Source: Patescibacteria group bacterium | Lineage (GTDB): Bacteria; Patescibacteriota; Minisyncoccia; UBA6257; 2-01-FULL-56-20 | Direction of reading: 5' to 3' | DNA: 64,000 nucleotides | Assembly: GCA_024654525.1 (NCBI GenBank) | Contig: JANLHI010000022.1 | Span: 3,931-67,930 of the forward strand | Shown here: positions 37,506-45,089 of the stretch, in pieces | Numbering within the stretch: the first letter of the stretch is position 1 | Layout of the letters: every line of letters starts with the position of its first letter | Notes under the pieces: generated by a model | Database searches by the model: none | What the model saw: the letters and a program-made list of their open reading frames with translations, nothing else | What the model was told of the DNA's origin: nothing | Program-made: the position numbers and the translations under genes

Positions 37506-38237
37506 TTAATCCATAAACTTATATTCCATTCTCGGCTCCTCTGGCGCATCGTAGAGAGGAATAATTTCGATTTCTCCTTTTGCTTGCATACGAATCACAT
37601 CAATTACTTTTCCGAAAAGACGGAAGTTTTTATTTACAATAATAGGCTTGTATTTCGGATCGGAAGACACGGGCGAAAGAATCACTGCATTGTTCGCAAT
37701 CTCAAGTTTTTTGATTACTGCGAATCCATCGATGATAGCAACCACTAAATCTCCCGCCTCCGCAATCTCCGTCACCTCCACAAGTACATAGTCTTTTTCT
37801 TTAATACCCGCATCACACATCGAATCTCCGATGGCTTTTACGCATACCACATTATCCACTTTCTTACCTTGGAGAAGCTCTGTCGCGACACATACATAAT
37901 CATCAAAATTCCGTTCTGCGAAAATACTCATTTGATCACATCCGGCGGACGCAATTACGGGAATTTGTATTGTCATGGGTTCATCTTTCTTGGGCATCAC
38001 AAGCCGGATTCCTCGCCTTACATACCGACTCCGCTCGATAAGTCCTTTTTGTTGAAGCGCTTCCAAATATTGCGTTACTGCACGTGGCGAAGAGAACTTC
38101 ATGAGCGTTACGAGTTCCGTGACCGTAGGCGATTCTCCTTTTTTCTCCATAAGCTTTCGCAACGATTCGTAAAAACGTCCTTGTTTCGCGGTAAGTTGAA
38201 TAATTTTGTTATTCAACGGTTTTTTGTTGATAGTCAT
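37506..38237 (-). CDS. lexA: LexA-like repressor (wHTH + S24 peptidase)
   Basis: N-terminal wHTH. AIGDSM (Ser) and VIKKL (Lys) dyad. Confidence 0.8.
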   Translation of the reverse strand: MTINKKPLNNKIIQLTAKQGRFYESLRKLMEKKGESPTVTELVTLMKFSSPRAVTQYLEALQQKGLIERSRYVRRGIRLVMPKKDEPMTIQIPVIASAGCDQMSIFAERNFDDYVCVATELLQGKKVDNVVCVKAIGDSMCDAGIKEKDYVLVEVTEIAEAGDLVVAIIDGFAVIKKLEIANNAVILSPVSSDPKYKPIIVNKNFRLFGKVIDVIRMQAKGEIEIIPLYDAPEEPRMEYKFMD

Positions 38238-38261
38238 AATGTATATATTATAACTGTCTAT

Positions 38262-38280
38262 AGTATATACAATATATACT
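38262..38280. promoter_or_regulatory. Candidate SOS box: 8-3-8 palindrome AGTATATA-caa-TATATACT, 25 nt upstream of the lexA ATG
   Basis: AT-core palindrome reminiscent of the E. coli CTGT-(AT)4-ACAG box, but with AGT/ACT ends. Confidence 0.3.
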
Positions 38281-38299
38281 TATCCACAGGGTATAGAGA

Positions 38300-39070
38300 C
38301 TACACTCCTCCAAGTTTTTTGATAGTTCTTTTCACGCGCATAATACACTTTTCAGTGTTCGAAATAATTTCCTGTTCCGTACAACGAATCACTGTCCATC
38401 CGTAGCGCCGAAGCACTGCATCTTTTTCTTTATCTCTCTCGCGCTGACGCACACTGGAATGCGCTTTCGTATTATCACACTCGATTGCAATCATCCCTCG
38501 CCGACACTTGATTGCAAAATCAATACGGAATCTCTTTTTCTCGCCTTTCTTTCCACATAAAACATTCCATTGCGGATCAACGCGAATATCCGCACGCCGG
38601 AATGCATCGCGCATTATCGCCTCCGTATCCGCTACACCGTAGAGACTTATTATATTTTTTGCAGTTCGAAGTTTCTGCAATGTCGTAAACCCAAATGAAA
38701 CCCTTCGCGGCAACACATTCCACACCGGATGCGGAAGTTCCCGAATCGCCCCCACACGAATCCTTACATAATCGTCTTGTGCTCGAAGATGGCGCTCTTC
38801 TAAGGGTAGGAGCGCCACACGCTTTACCGTACGGCACTCCGCTACGCGAGCATAATAACGAATGCATTTCCCTCCCCACTTGAACGATGACACCGGCTCA
38901 TAAAATGCCAAATACTCAAATGCACGTTTCGGCATATATCGTACCGGAATCCTATACCATCGTTCATTGAAAAGAATACCGAGATCTCTCCGGTTTTTAA
39001 TCACCCCCACAAGCACCGAGCAATCTTTCTTCCTCTCACGATTGACCTTGTTCCGTATTCTTCTGTTCAT
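38300..39070 (-). CDS. DUF559 (Vsr-like PD-(D/E)XK endonuclease domain) protein with an unknown N-terminal domain
   Basis: C-terminal RIDFAIKCRRGMIAIECDNTKAHSSVRQRERDKEKDAVLRRYGWTVIR. Start chosen at M20 of the ORF track protein. Confidence 0.55.
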   Translation of the reverse strand: MNRRIRNKVNRERKKDCSVLVGVIKNRRDLGILFNERWYRIPVRYMPKRAFEYLAFYEPVSSFKWGGKCIRYYARVAECRTVKRVALLPLEERHLRAQDDYVRIRVGAIRELPHPVWNVLPRRVSFGFTTLQKLRTAKNIISLYGVADTEAIMRDAFRRADIRVDPQWNVLCGKKGEKKRFRIDFAIKCRRGMIAIECDNTKAHSSVRQRERDKEKDAVLRRYGWTVIRCTEQEIISNTEKCIMRVKRTIKKLGGV

Positions 39071-39200
39071 TCCGACGCAACGCTTCCACCTTCTCTTGTA
39101 TTTTACTCCCTCCCCGCATCGCTTCAATAATTTTTCTCACTTCTTCCGAACCCGTATTACTCGGCATCGCGCTAAACGCCCTCTTAAGATTATCTGCCAT
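39036..39200 (-). CDS. Small hypothetical protein (about 54 aa). Weak.
   Basis: ORF trimmed to MADNLKRAF.. from the ORF track entry 39036..39338. Confidence 0.25.
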   Translation of the reverse strand: MADNLKRAFSAMPSNTGSEEVRKIIEAMRGGSKIQEKVEALRRNEQKNTEQGQS

Positions 39201-39358
39201 TTTTTGTGCACTTTCCTGAAGAGCGCTAAACACCACGTCGGGAGGAATGTTTTTCTTTCCGCGATATTTAATAATCCACCACCAATACCGAAAACGAACT
39301 TTTATTATCGGCCATATGCTATACCGTAAAAATCTCATGCTTTTTAGAAGCGCTTATA

Positions 39359-39733
39359 TTATTTCCACGCACTTACCAATACCCATATCGCAAGCGCAAA
39401 CCACACAAGGACTGAAAACCATGCCTTTCCTATTCCTTTTGCTATCACCTCATCTCTTAATTTTAAAATGACATTCGCATAAGGAATAAACCCAAGCCCA
39501 ACAATGAGCATTACAATAAGTGCTATTGCGCCAAATTGTACTGCGGTCACAAGCGGAAGAACATAATATCCCGCCACGGCAAGCAACACCACATACACGA
39601 TTGTAGTCACCGTAGTATGACGATATATCGGATCCACAAGCTTCATCCAAATTCCCGGATTAATAATAACCACGGCAAGCTTTACTAACACTATCACTGA
39701 AAAAACTACGGCAAGTATATCGATTGGAGTCAT
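39359..39733 (-). CDS. Hypothetical polytopic membrane protein
   Basis: 4 predicted TM helices. Confidence 0.5.
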   Translation of the reverse strand: MTPIDILAVVFSVIVLVKLAVVIINPGIWMKLVDPIYRHTTVTTIVYVVLLAVAGYYVLPLVTAVQFGAIALIVMLIVGLGFIPYANVILKLRDEVIAKGIGKAWFSVLVWFALAIWVLVSAWK

Positions 39734-39796
39734 ATATATACGATAAGATTGATTATTTTCAACTTTCCTTGATTATACCAAAGCAAGAAATCTAAA

Positions 39797-41155
39797 TCAG
39801 TGCAACAATATTTCCTCCTTCTTCAAAGTTCTGCGCAGATATAACCACGAAAACCCTGACGCGGTCCACGTTATCACGAATAATCCCCACCACACTCCGC
39901 CAAGTCCCCAGTGAAACGCGTATACAAACACACTAAAAATCAGCACGGGCGCAACAACCTGCCGTACCATTCCCATCCAAAGGGAAAACATGGGGCGCTT
40001 TAATCCTCTCAAAATAGAATCCACCGCCATAAGTATTCCGTAGGGCCACATCATAAACGCAGCAATACCCAAAAATACCACTCCTATACTCACCACATGC
40101 GTATCGCGAACAAAAAGCCCCATGAGTGGTTGTGCAAAGAAAAAGAGAAAAACCGCTCCTACGGTAGATATCATCAATGCATAACGAAATACGGTATGCA
40201 CAATTTCGTTTACTCGTTCCAGTTTTTTTGCTCCTCGGTTTTGCCCCACTAGTGTTATTGCTGCAATATTGATACCGATAAGTGGGAGAAGCGCAATCTG
40301 CTGTACGCGCGTTCCCACACCATATGCCGCAACGGCACCCTCTCCAAACTTTCCCACAAAATATGTGGAAATAAAGAACCCGATAGCAACACTCATCATA
40401 CTAATACTCGCGGGGAACCCTTGGCGCGCAATTTCTCTATACGTTTTCAGATCCGGCGCAAGTTCGCGATAAAACCTTTTATGAAGAAGCTTTGTGTGGA
40501 GTACTTTCGGAAAAAGGTAAAACACACCTATGAACTCGATGAGGATGGTAGCAAGTGCAATTCCTGCAATGCCCATTGCGGGAACACCAAACCCGCCGAA
40601 CATGAACCAGTAATTGAAAAGGAAATTCATAAAGAACCCCGCGACAAGAAAGTTGCGGAATGATTTTGTATCCCCCACGGAGTTCAATATCGCGTTGAAG
40701 GAAAAAACGAGGATAAACGAAATTGTACCGAGAAATATTACCGACACGTACGATACCGCAAACGCAAGGTATATTCCGGACGCGCCCAATGCGCGGAATA
40801 TGGGCGGCGCGACTGCGAGACCCAGTCCGGTAATAAACACCGAAAGTATGAGTGAAAACGAGATTCCCTGCACCGCATACCGCTTCGCGTCTTCCCGATT
40901 CCCCTCTCCCACCGCGTGCGCAATAAGCGCGGTCACACCGGAGTTTACTCCGGAACCGAGCGCAAGAACAATGAAAAACACCGGGAACGAAAGCGACAGC
41001 GCCGCAACCGCTTCGGTACCCGCAAACCCGCTGAAGTATGCATCCACGATGTTGTACATCGTGTTAAAGAAAAAACCGACACTTGCCGGTATTGCAATCT
41101 TTTTGATGAGGGATGGAATATGTCCCTCGGTTATTTCATTGTGTGATTCGTCCAT
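39797..41155 (-). CDS. MATE family efflux transporter
   Basis: 12-TM architecture. N-terminal KKIAIPASVGFFFNTMYNIVDAYF. Confidence 0.85.
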   Translation of the reverse strand: MDESHNEITEGHIPSLIKKIAIPASVGFFFNTMYNIVDAYFSGFAGTEAVAALSLSFPVFFIVLALGSGVNSGVTALIAHAVGEGNREDAKRYAVQGISFSLILSVFITGLGLAVAPPIFRALGASGIYLAFAVSYVSVIFLGTISFILVFSFNAILNSVGDTKSFRNFLVAGFFMNFLFNYWFMFGGFGVPAMGIAGIALATILIEFIGVFYLFPKVLHTKLLHKRFYRELAPDLKTYREIARQGFPASISMMSVAIGFFISTYFVGKFGEGAVAAYGVGTRVQQIALLPLIGINIAAITLVGQNRGAKKLERVNEIVHTVFRYALMISTVGAVFLFFFAQPLMGLFVRDTHVVSIGVVFLGIAAFMMWPYGILMAVDSILRGLKRPMFSLWMGMVRQVVAPVLIFSVFVYAFHWGLGGVWWGLFVITWTASGFSWLYLRRTLKKEEILLH

Positions 41156-41200
41156 AGAGTCGGAACATCATATCATGAGAGCCTCTTTTTTCGTAAGACA

Positions 41201-41599
41201 CTACCTTTTCCATTCATCAATTTCCGGATGAAAATCTACCTGGTATTCCGGTATACCAAGAGAAACACCATATTGTTTTGCTGCATCATATTGATCCTTG
41301 CTATGTCGGTCTATGGTAAATATCTTGTTGCGAAAAATAATGTAATGCGTGGTCTCGTTTTTAAAATCCGCGTACCAGTTATGTTTTGCATCAAGCGTGC
41401 GCGATAATGACTCGGCAACTTCTTCTGCTTTTTCTGGAGAGATTTCCACCGTGTGCATTGTCCACGCTTCAACCCACGGCGTTTTATGTTTTTCCACCAC
41501 CCGCTCTATTTTGGTACTCAAAATTACAACGTCTTTTAAAACATCTTTATTCTCCAGACTCTCTTCAATGATTACCCCTTTATAATCCATATTGTTCAT
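41201..41599 (-). CDS. Hypothetical protein (132 aa)
   Basis: ORF track. Confidence 0.4.
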   Translation of the reverse strand: MNNMDYKGVIIEESLENKDVLKDVVILSTKIERVVEKHKTPWVEAWTMHTVEISPEKAEEVAESLSRTLDAKHNWYADFKNETTHYIIFRNKIFTIDRHSKDQYDAAKQYGVSLGIPEYQVDFHPEIDEWKR

Positions 41600-41659
41600 T
41601 GATTTAAATATTTAAGAATTCCGATTTAAAACTATCATATCATGAATTTAATTGTGTAT

Positions 41660-41700
41660 TGGTAAAAATAAAACAACCAATGGGCAAAACCACGGGTTGT
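41660..41700 (-). terminator. Intrinsic terminator (AACAACC..GGUUGUU followed by UUUAUUUUU)
   Basis: Downstream of the stop of the 103-aa gene. Confidence 0.5.
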
Positions 41701-41734
41701 TCTACTGTTTCCGCCCTTCAGGCGGGTAATGTTG

Positions 41735-42046
41735 TCACGCTGGCTGGAGCGCGCAAACCCCTGCGAGATCGCTCTCTTCAACCTCTCCTGCTTTCAGAAG
41801 GAGTTCGAATACTCTCTTGATATCCCCGTCACTCAGTTCGGCGCTAACAGAGTGCACTTCCACTCTTTGAATAGCGTTGTCGAATTCCACCACGGCAATC
41901 ACTATTTTTTCACCTACGAAAATCGATGGGGGGAATTGCCTCACCTTTATTCCCGAAGATGCCCCGCAAGTGAGGCGATCTCTCCATTCAATCGAATGTC
42001 GGGGATGAAACTCTCTTAACTTTTCCATAAACTCGTCGGAGTTCAT
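41735..42046 (-). CDS. Hypothetical protein (103 aa)
   Basis: ORF track. Confidence 0.4.
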   Translation of the reverse strand: MNSDEFMEKLREFHPRHSIEWRDRLTCGASSGIKVRQFPPSIFVGEKIVIAVVEFDNAIQRVEVHSVSAELSDGDIKRVFELLLKAGEVEESDLAGVCALQPA

Positions 42047-42141
42047 ATTTATCTCGCTTTCTTATATTAAATTTTCAGCCCTTCTTCCCTATTTTAAATT
42101 CTACGCCAACCCTTCTTCCCCGCAAATCGGGATATCCACCG

Positions 42142-43497
42142 TTACCGACTCCGTCGAGAGTGACCACTGAATCCGGGACGAGGAGAAGAATTGCCGAAGC
42201 CACCTCGTGAGGGCGGGCGACGTCCGAAACTCGGACGAGGATATGGTGAAGAAGAAGTGGAGGAATAAGGACGAGCGCTGGTGCGACCATAGTTACTGCG
42301 TGGCGCAGAAGAAGAAAACCGCGGACTGCGATTTCCAAATCTTTGAAACGGTTCGCGTTCCGGCATCGTTTCTGCACGTGCGGGAGGAAGATCTTCGGGA
42401 AGTTTTGAAAGCGGGAGCGTCGAACGAATAAGACGCTCAATACTTCGCACACCTCCTTTTTCATTCGGCGTTGCAAATGATACTGCGTGTCCCACACCAC
42501 CCATGCGTCCCGTGCGCCCGATGCGATGCACATAATCCTCCGCACTTGCGGGTAAATCATAGTTCACCACAAGCGCGATTCCCTTTACATCAATACCGCG
42601 TGCAGCGATATCCGTTGCTACAAGTATTCGATATCTCCCATTTTTAAATCCTTCAAGCGCTTCCTTCCGTTGCATAAGCGAACGATTCGAATGAATCTCG
42701 GCGGCACTATGCCCCAACACGCGCAACCCCGCCGCAATCCGTTTTGCGCTATATTTCATTCTCGCAAAAATCAAAGTTGAACCCTTTCCTTCCGCAAGAA
42801 TTTTCTCAAGAAGGCGCGATTTATCCTGTCGTTGCACAAAGAAAACTTCCTGCGTCACTTTTTCTGCCGCAGTACCTTGCGGTGCGATCTCCACGCGCAC
42901 GGGTAACTTCATATGCGCACGTGCAATACGCACTATGTCTTCCGGCATCGTTGCGGAAAAAAGCAATGTCTGTCGTGCATCGGGCGGGGGCAATACCGAA
43001 AGAATACGTTTCAATTGCGGAGCAAATCCCATGTCAAACATCCTATCCGCCTCGTCGAGTGTAAGAATCTTCACTCCGCTCAACGATACTGTTTTTTGCT
43101 CCAAGTGATCAATAATTCTCCCCGGCGTACCGATAACCACATGCGGGTTTCGGCGAAGCTGTTGTAATTGCCTTCCAATCGCTTCCCCCCCGATAAGCAC
43201 CACAGATTTTATACCCAAAGGAACACCCACTTTCCCAAATGTTTCTTGTACTTGCAACGCCAATTCGCGCGTAGGTACCACAATAAGCCCCTTATCACCG
43301 CGAAGCGCCGCTTGTATCATTGGAATCGCAAATGCCAAGGTTTTTCCTGTTCCCGTTTGTGCAATACCCACCAAATCCTTTCCTTCGATCGAAGAAGGAA
43401 TGGATCGTTCTTGAATAGGCGTAGGTGTAGTAAACCCCGATTTCTCAAGTATATCTAAAATATTCGGCGCAATGCCAAGACTCTGAAAGTTACTCAT
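42142..43497 (-). CDS. DEAD-box ATP-dependent RNA helicase with C-terminal RG/S-rich tail
   Basis: Q-motif/GKT (AQTGTGKTLAF), DEAD (LDEADRM), SAT, HRIGRTGR. Confidence 0.9.
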   Translation of the reverse strand: MSNFQSLGIAPNILDILEKSGFTTPTPIQERSIPSSIEGKDLVGIAQTGTGKTLAFAIPMIQAALRGDKGLIVVPTRELALQVQETFGKVGVPLGIKSVVLIGGEAIGRQLQQLRRNPHVVIGTPGRIIDHLEQKTVSLSGVKILTLDEADRMFDMGFAPQLKRILSVLPPPDARQTLLFSATMPEDIVRIARAHMKLPVRVEIAPQGTAAEKVTQEVFFVQRQDKSRLLEKILAEGKGSTLIFARMKYSAKRIAAGLRVLGHSAAEIHSNRSLMQRKEALEGFKNGRYRILVATDIAARGIDVKGIALVVNYDLPASAEDYVHRIGRTGRMGGVGHAVSFATPNEKGGVRSIERLIRSTLPLSKLPEDLPPARAETMPEREPFQRFGNRSPRFSSSAPRSNYGRTSARPYSSTSSSPYPRPSFGRRPPSRGGFGNSSPRPGFSGHSRRSR

Positions 43498-43629
43498 GTG
43501 GGTACCCTACCACAGAAATGATGAAATACCTAATTTTTGTCAAAGTTTTTCTAAACTACGCATTGTAAAATAAGAACAACCACCGCGCGTACGCAACTGC
43601 GATTGTCGTGAATATTTATAGAAACTGTC

Positions 43630-43667
43630 TTCATATTCAAGTATTTTGCAAAATACTTGAATATGAA
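43630..43667. promoter_or_regulatory. 38-bp perfect palindrome TTCATATTCAAGTATTTTGCAAAATACTTGAATATGAA (ArsR-2 box, downstream copy)
   Basis: Shares a 28-bp core with 44020..44057. Lies upstream of the DEAD-box helicase. Confidence 0.6.
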
Positions 43668-43717
43668 ATATACCCCAATGTTGATCCTTAAAACTCCTAC
43701 AGGGGATCACACAATAG

Positions 43718-43990
43718 TTATGTAAGCGAACGGCAAAAAGAGAACACCGCCTCCGCTCGAAGAGTAAGTTTGTGGCGCACGGTCGTACCTTCGTACCGCT
43801 TTATCACCAACCCCGCAATTGCAAGTTTTCGAATATGATCGGATGCATTCTGATAATTCATACGAAGCTCATCGGCAATCTCCTCCACGGAAAGCTCCGG
43901 CTTTTTCTTCAAAAGTTCGAATATTTCCAATCGTCGATGATTCGCAAATCCTTTAATAATTCGCTCAAGTCTTCGTGAAGTATTATTCAT
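43718..43990 (-). CDS. ArsR/SmtB-family transcriptional regulator (paralog 2)
   Basis: HTH LSVEEIADELRMNYQNASDHIRKLAIAGLV. RBS AAGGGAG before ATG 43990. Confidence 0.8.
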   Translation of the reverse strand: MNNTSRRLERIIKGFANHRRLEIFELLKKKPELSVEEIADELRMNYQNASDHIRKLAIAGLVIKRYEGTTVRHKLTLRAEAVFSFCRSLT

Positions 43991-44019
43991 ATCTCCCTTG
44001 CTATTATTACACACTGACT

Positions 44020-44057
44020 CCACTATTCAAGTATTTTGCAAAATACTTGAATAGTGG
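44020..44057. promoter_or_regulatory. 38-bp perfect palindrome CCACTATTCAAGTATTTTGCAAAATACTTGAATAGTGG (ArsR-2 box, promoter copy)
   Basis: Lies 30 bp upstream of the arsR-2 start, between divergent genes. Confidence 0.6.
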
Positions 44058-44115
44058 GATGCGATTTCTTTTTTATTTTTTGAGAAAACAATGAAGTTTG
44101 GTGTATAGTAAGACC

Positions 44116-44382
44116 ATGCAAAAAGAAAAAATATTAGAGGAGCTAAACGAGGCAAAACAAAGCATTTTAAAACGCATGACTACCTATATCGGGGCGGGAT
44201 TCGGACTCGTTGTCGGTCTTGCGTGGAACGATGCGATTGCAGTCCTTATCCGTACAATTTTTCCCGATGCAACCGGCACAATTATCGCAAAGTTTATTTA
44301 TGCGTTTCTTCTTACCGTCATTGTCGGTATGGTACTGTATTCCATGGAAAAGATTTTAAACAAAACCGACGGTAAAAAATAA
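44116..44382 (+). CDS. Small membrane protein (about 89 aa), divergent from arsR-2
   Basis: Two TM helices. TTGAGA-18-TATAGT promoter. ATG at 44116. Confidence 0.5.
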   Translation: MQKEKILEELNEAKQSILKRMTTYIGAGFGLVVGLAWNDAIAVLIRTIFPDATGTIIAKFIYAFLLTVIVGMVLYSMEKILNKTDGKK

Positions 44383-44392
44383 TATATTCTTT

Positions 44393-45088
44393 ATGAAACA
44401 TAATCTGCTTTTTCTCGACACGGAAACCACCGGCATGGAAAACGGAAGGGTGGTACAGCTTGCGTATAAAAAAGAGGGTGATGCGGATACATTTGTAGCA
44501 TACTACAAACCGCCAATACCGATTGAAATTGAAGCAATGGTGGTGCACCACATCACCGAAAAGCATGTTGCGGATAAACCGGCATTCGCAACGTCGGAAA
44601 CACGCGCCACTCTCTCCGAACTGCTTACGGATTCCATCTTGGTCGCGCACAATGCCAAATTCGATATCGGAATACTCGCGAACGAAGGAGTTTCTACGCA
44701 ACATTCCATTTGTACATTGAAGGTCGCGCAAACAATGTATGACTATCCTATGTATAAACTGCAATACCTGCGTTACCTGTGGGGAATCGATATCGCTGAA
44801 GCGCTTGCCCACGATGCACGGGGAGATGTTGCCGTTCTTGAAAAAGCATTTGAACACATGGCAACCGAGTACGCCGCATCGCACAACCTTACCGCCGAAG
44901 AAACCATAGAGGCGTTTGTGGAGATAACACGGAATCCGATACTCCTTAGACGGGCGAGCTTCGGAAAATATGTCGGAAAAACATTTGAGGAAATAAAAAA
45001 AATTGATCGGGACTATCTCCGATGGATGGGAACGCTCAAAGACAAAGATGAGGATTTTCTCTATACCGTACAACACCACCTCTCCTGA
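44393..45088 (+). CDS. DEDDh 3'-5' exonuclease (DnaQ/epsilon-like) with a C-terminal extension
   Basis: LFLDTETTG, VAHNAKFD, HDARGD motifs. Confidence 0.8.
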   Translation: MKHNLLFLDTETTGMENGRVVQLAYKKEGDADTFVAYYKPPIPIEIEAMVVHHITEKHVADKPAFATSETRATLSELLTDSILVAHNAKFDIGILANEGVSTQHSICTLKVAQTMYDYPMYKLQYLRYLWGIDIAEALAHDARGDVAVLEKAFEHMATEYAASHNLTAEETIEAFVEITRNPILLRRASFGKYVGKTFEEIKKIDRDYLRWMGTLKDKDEDFLYTVQHHLS

Positions 45089-45089
45089 A

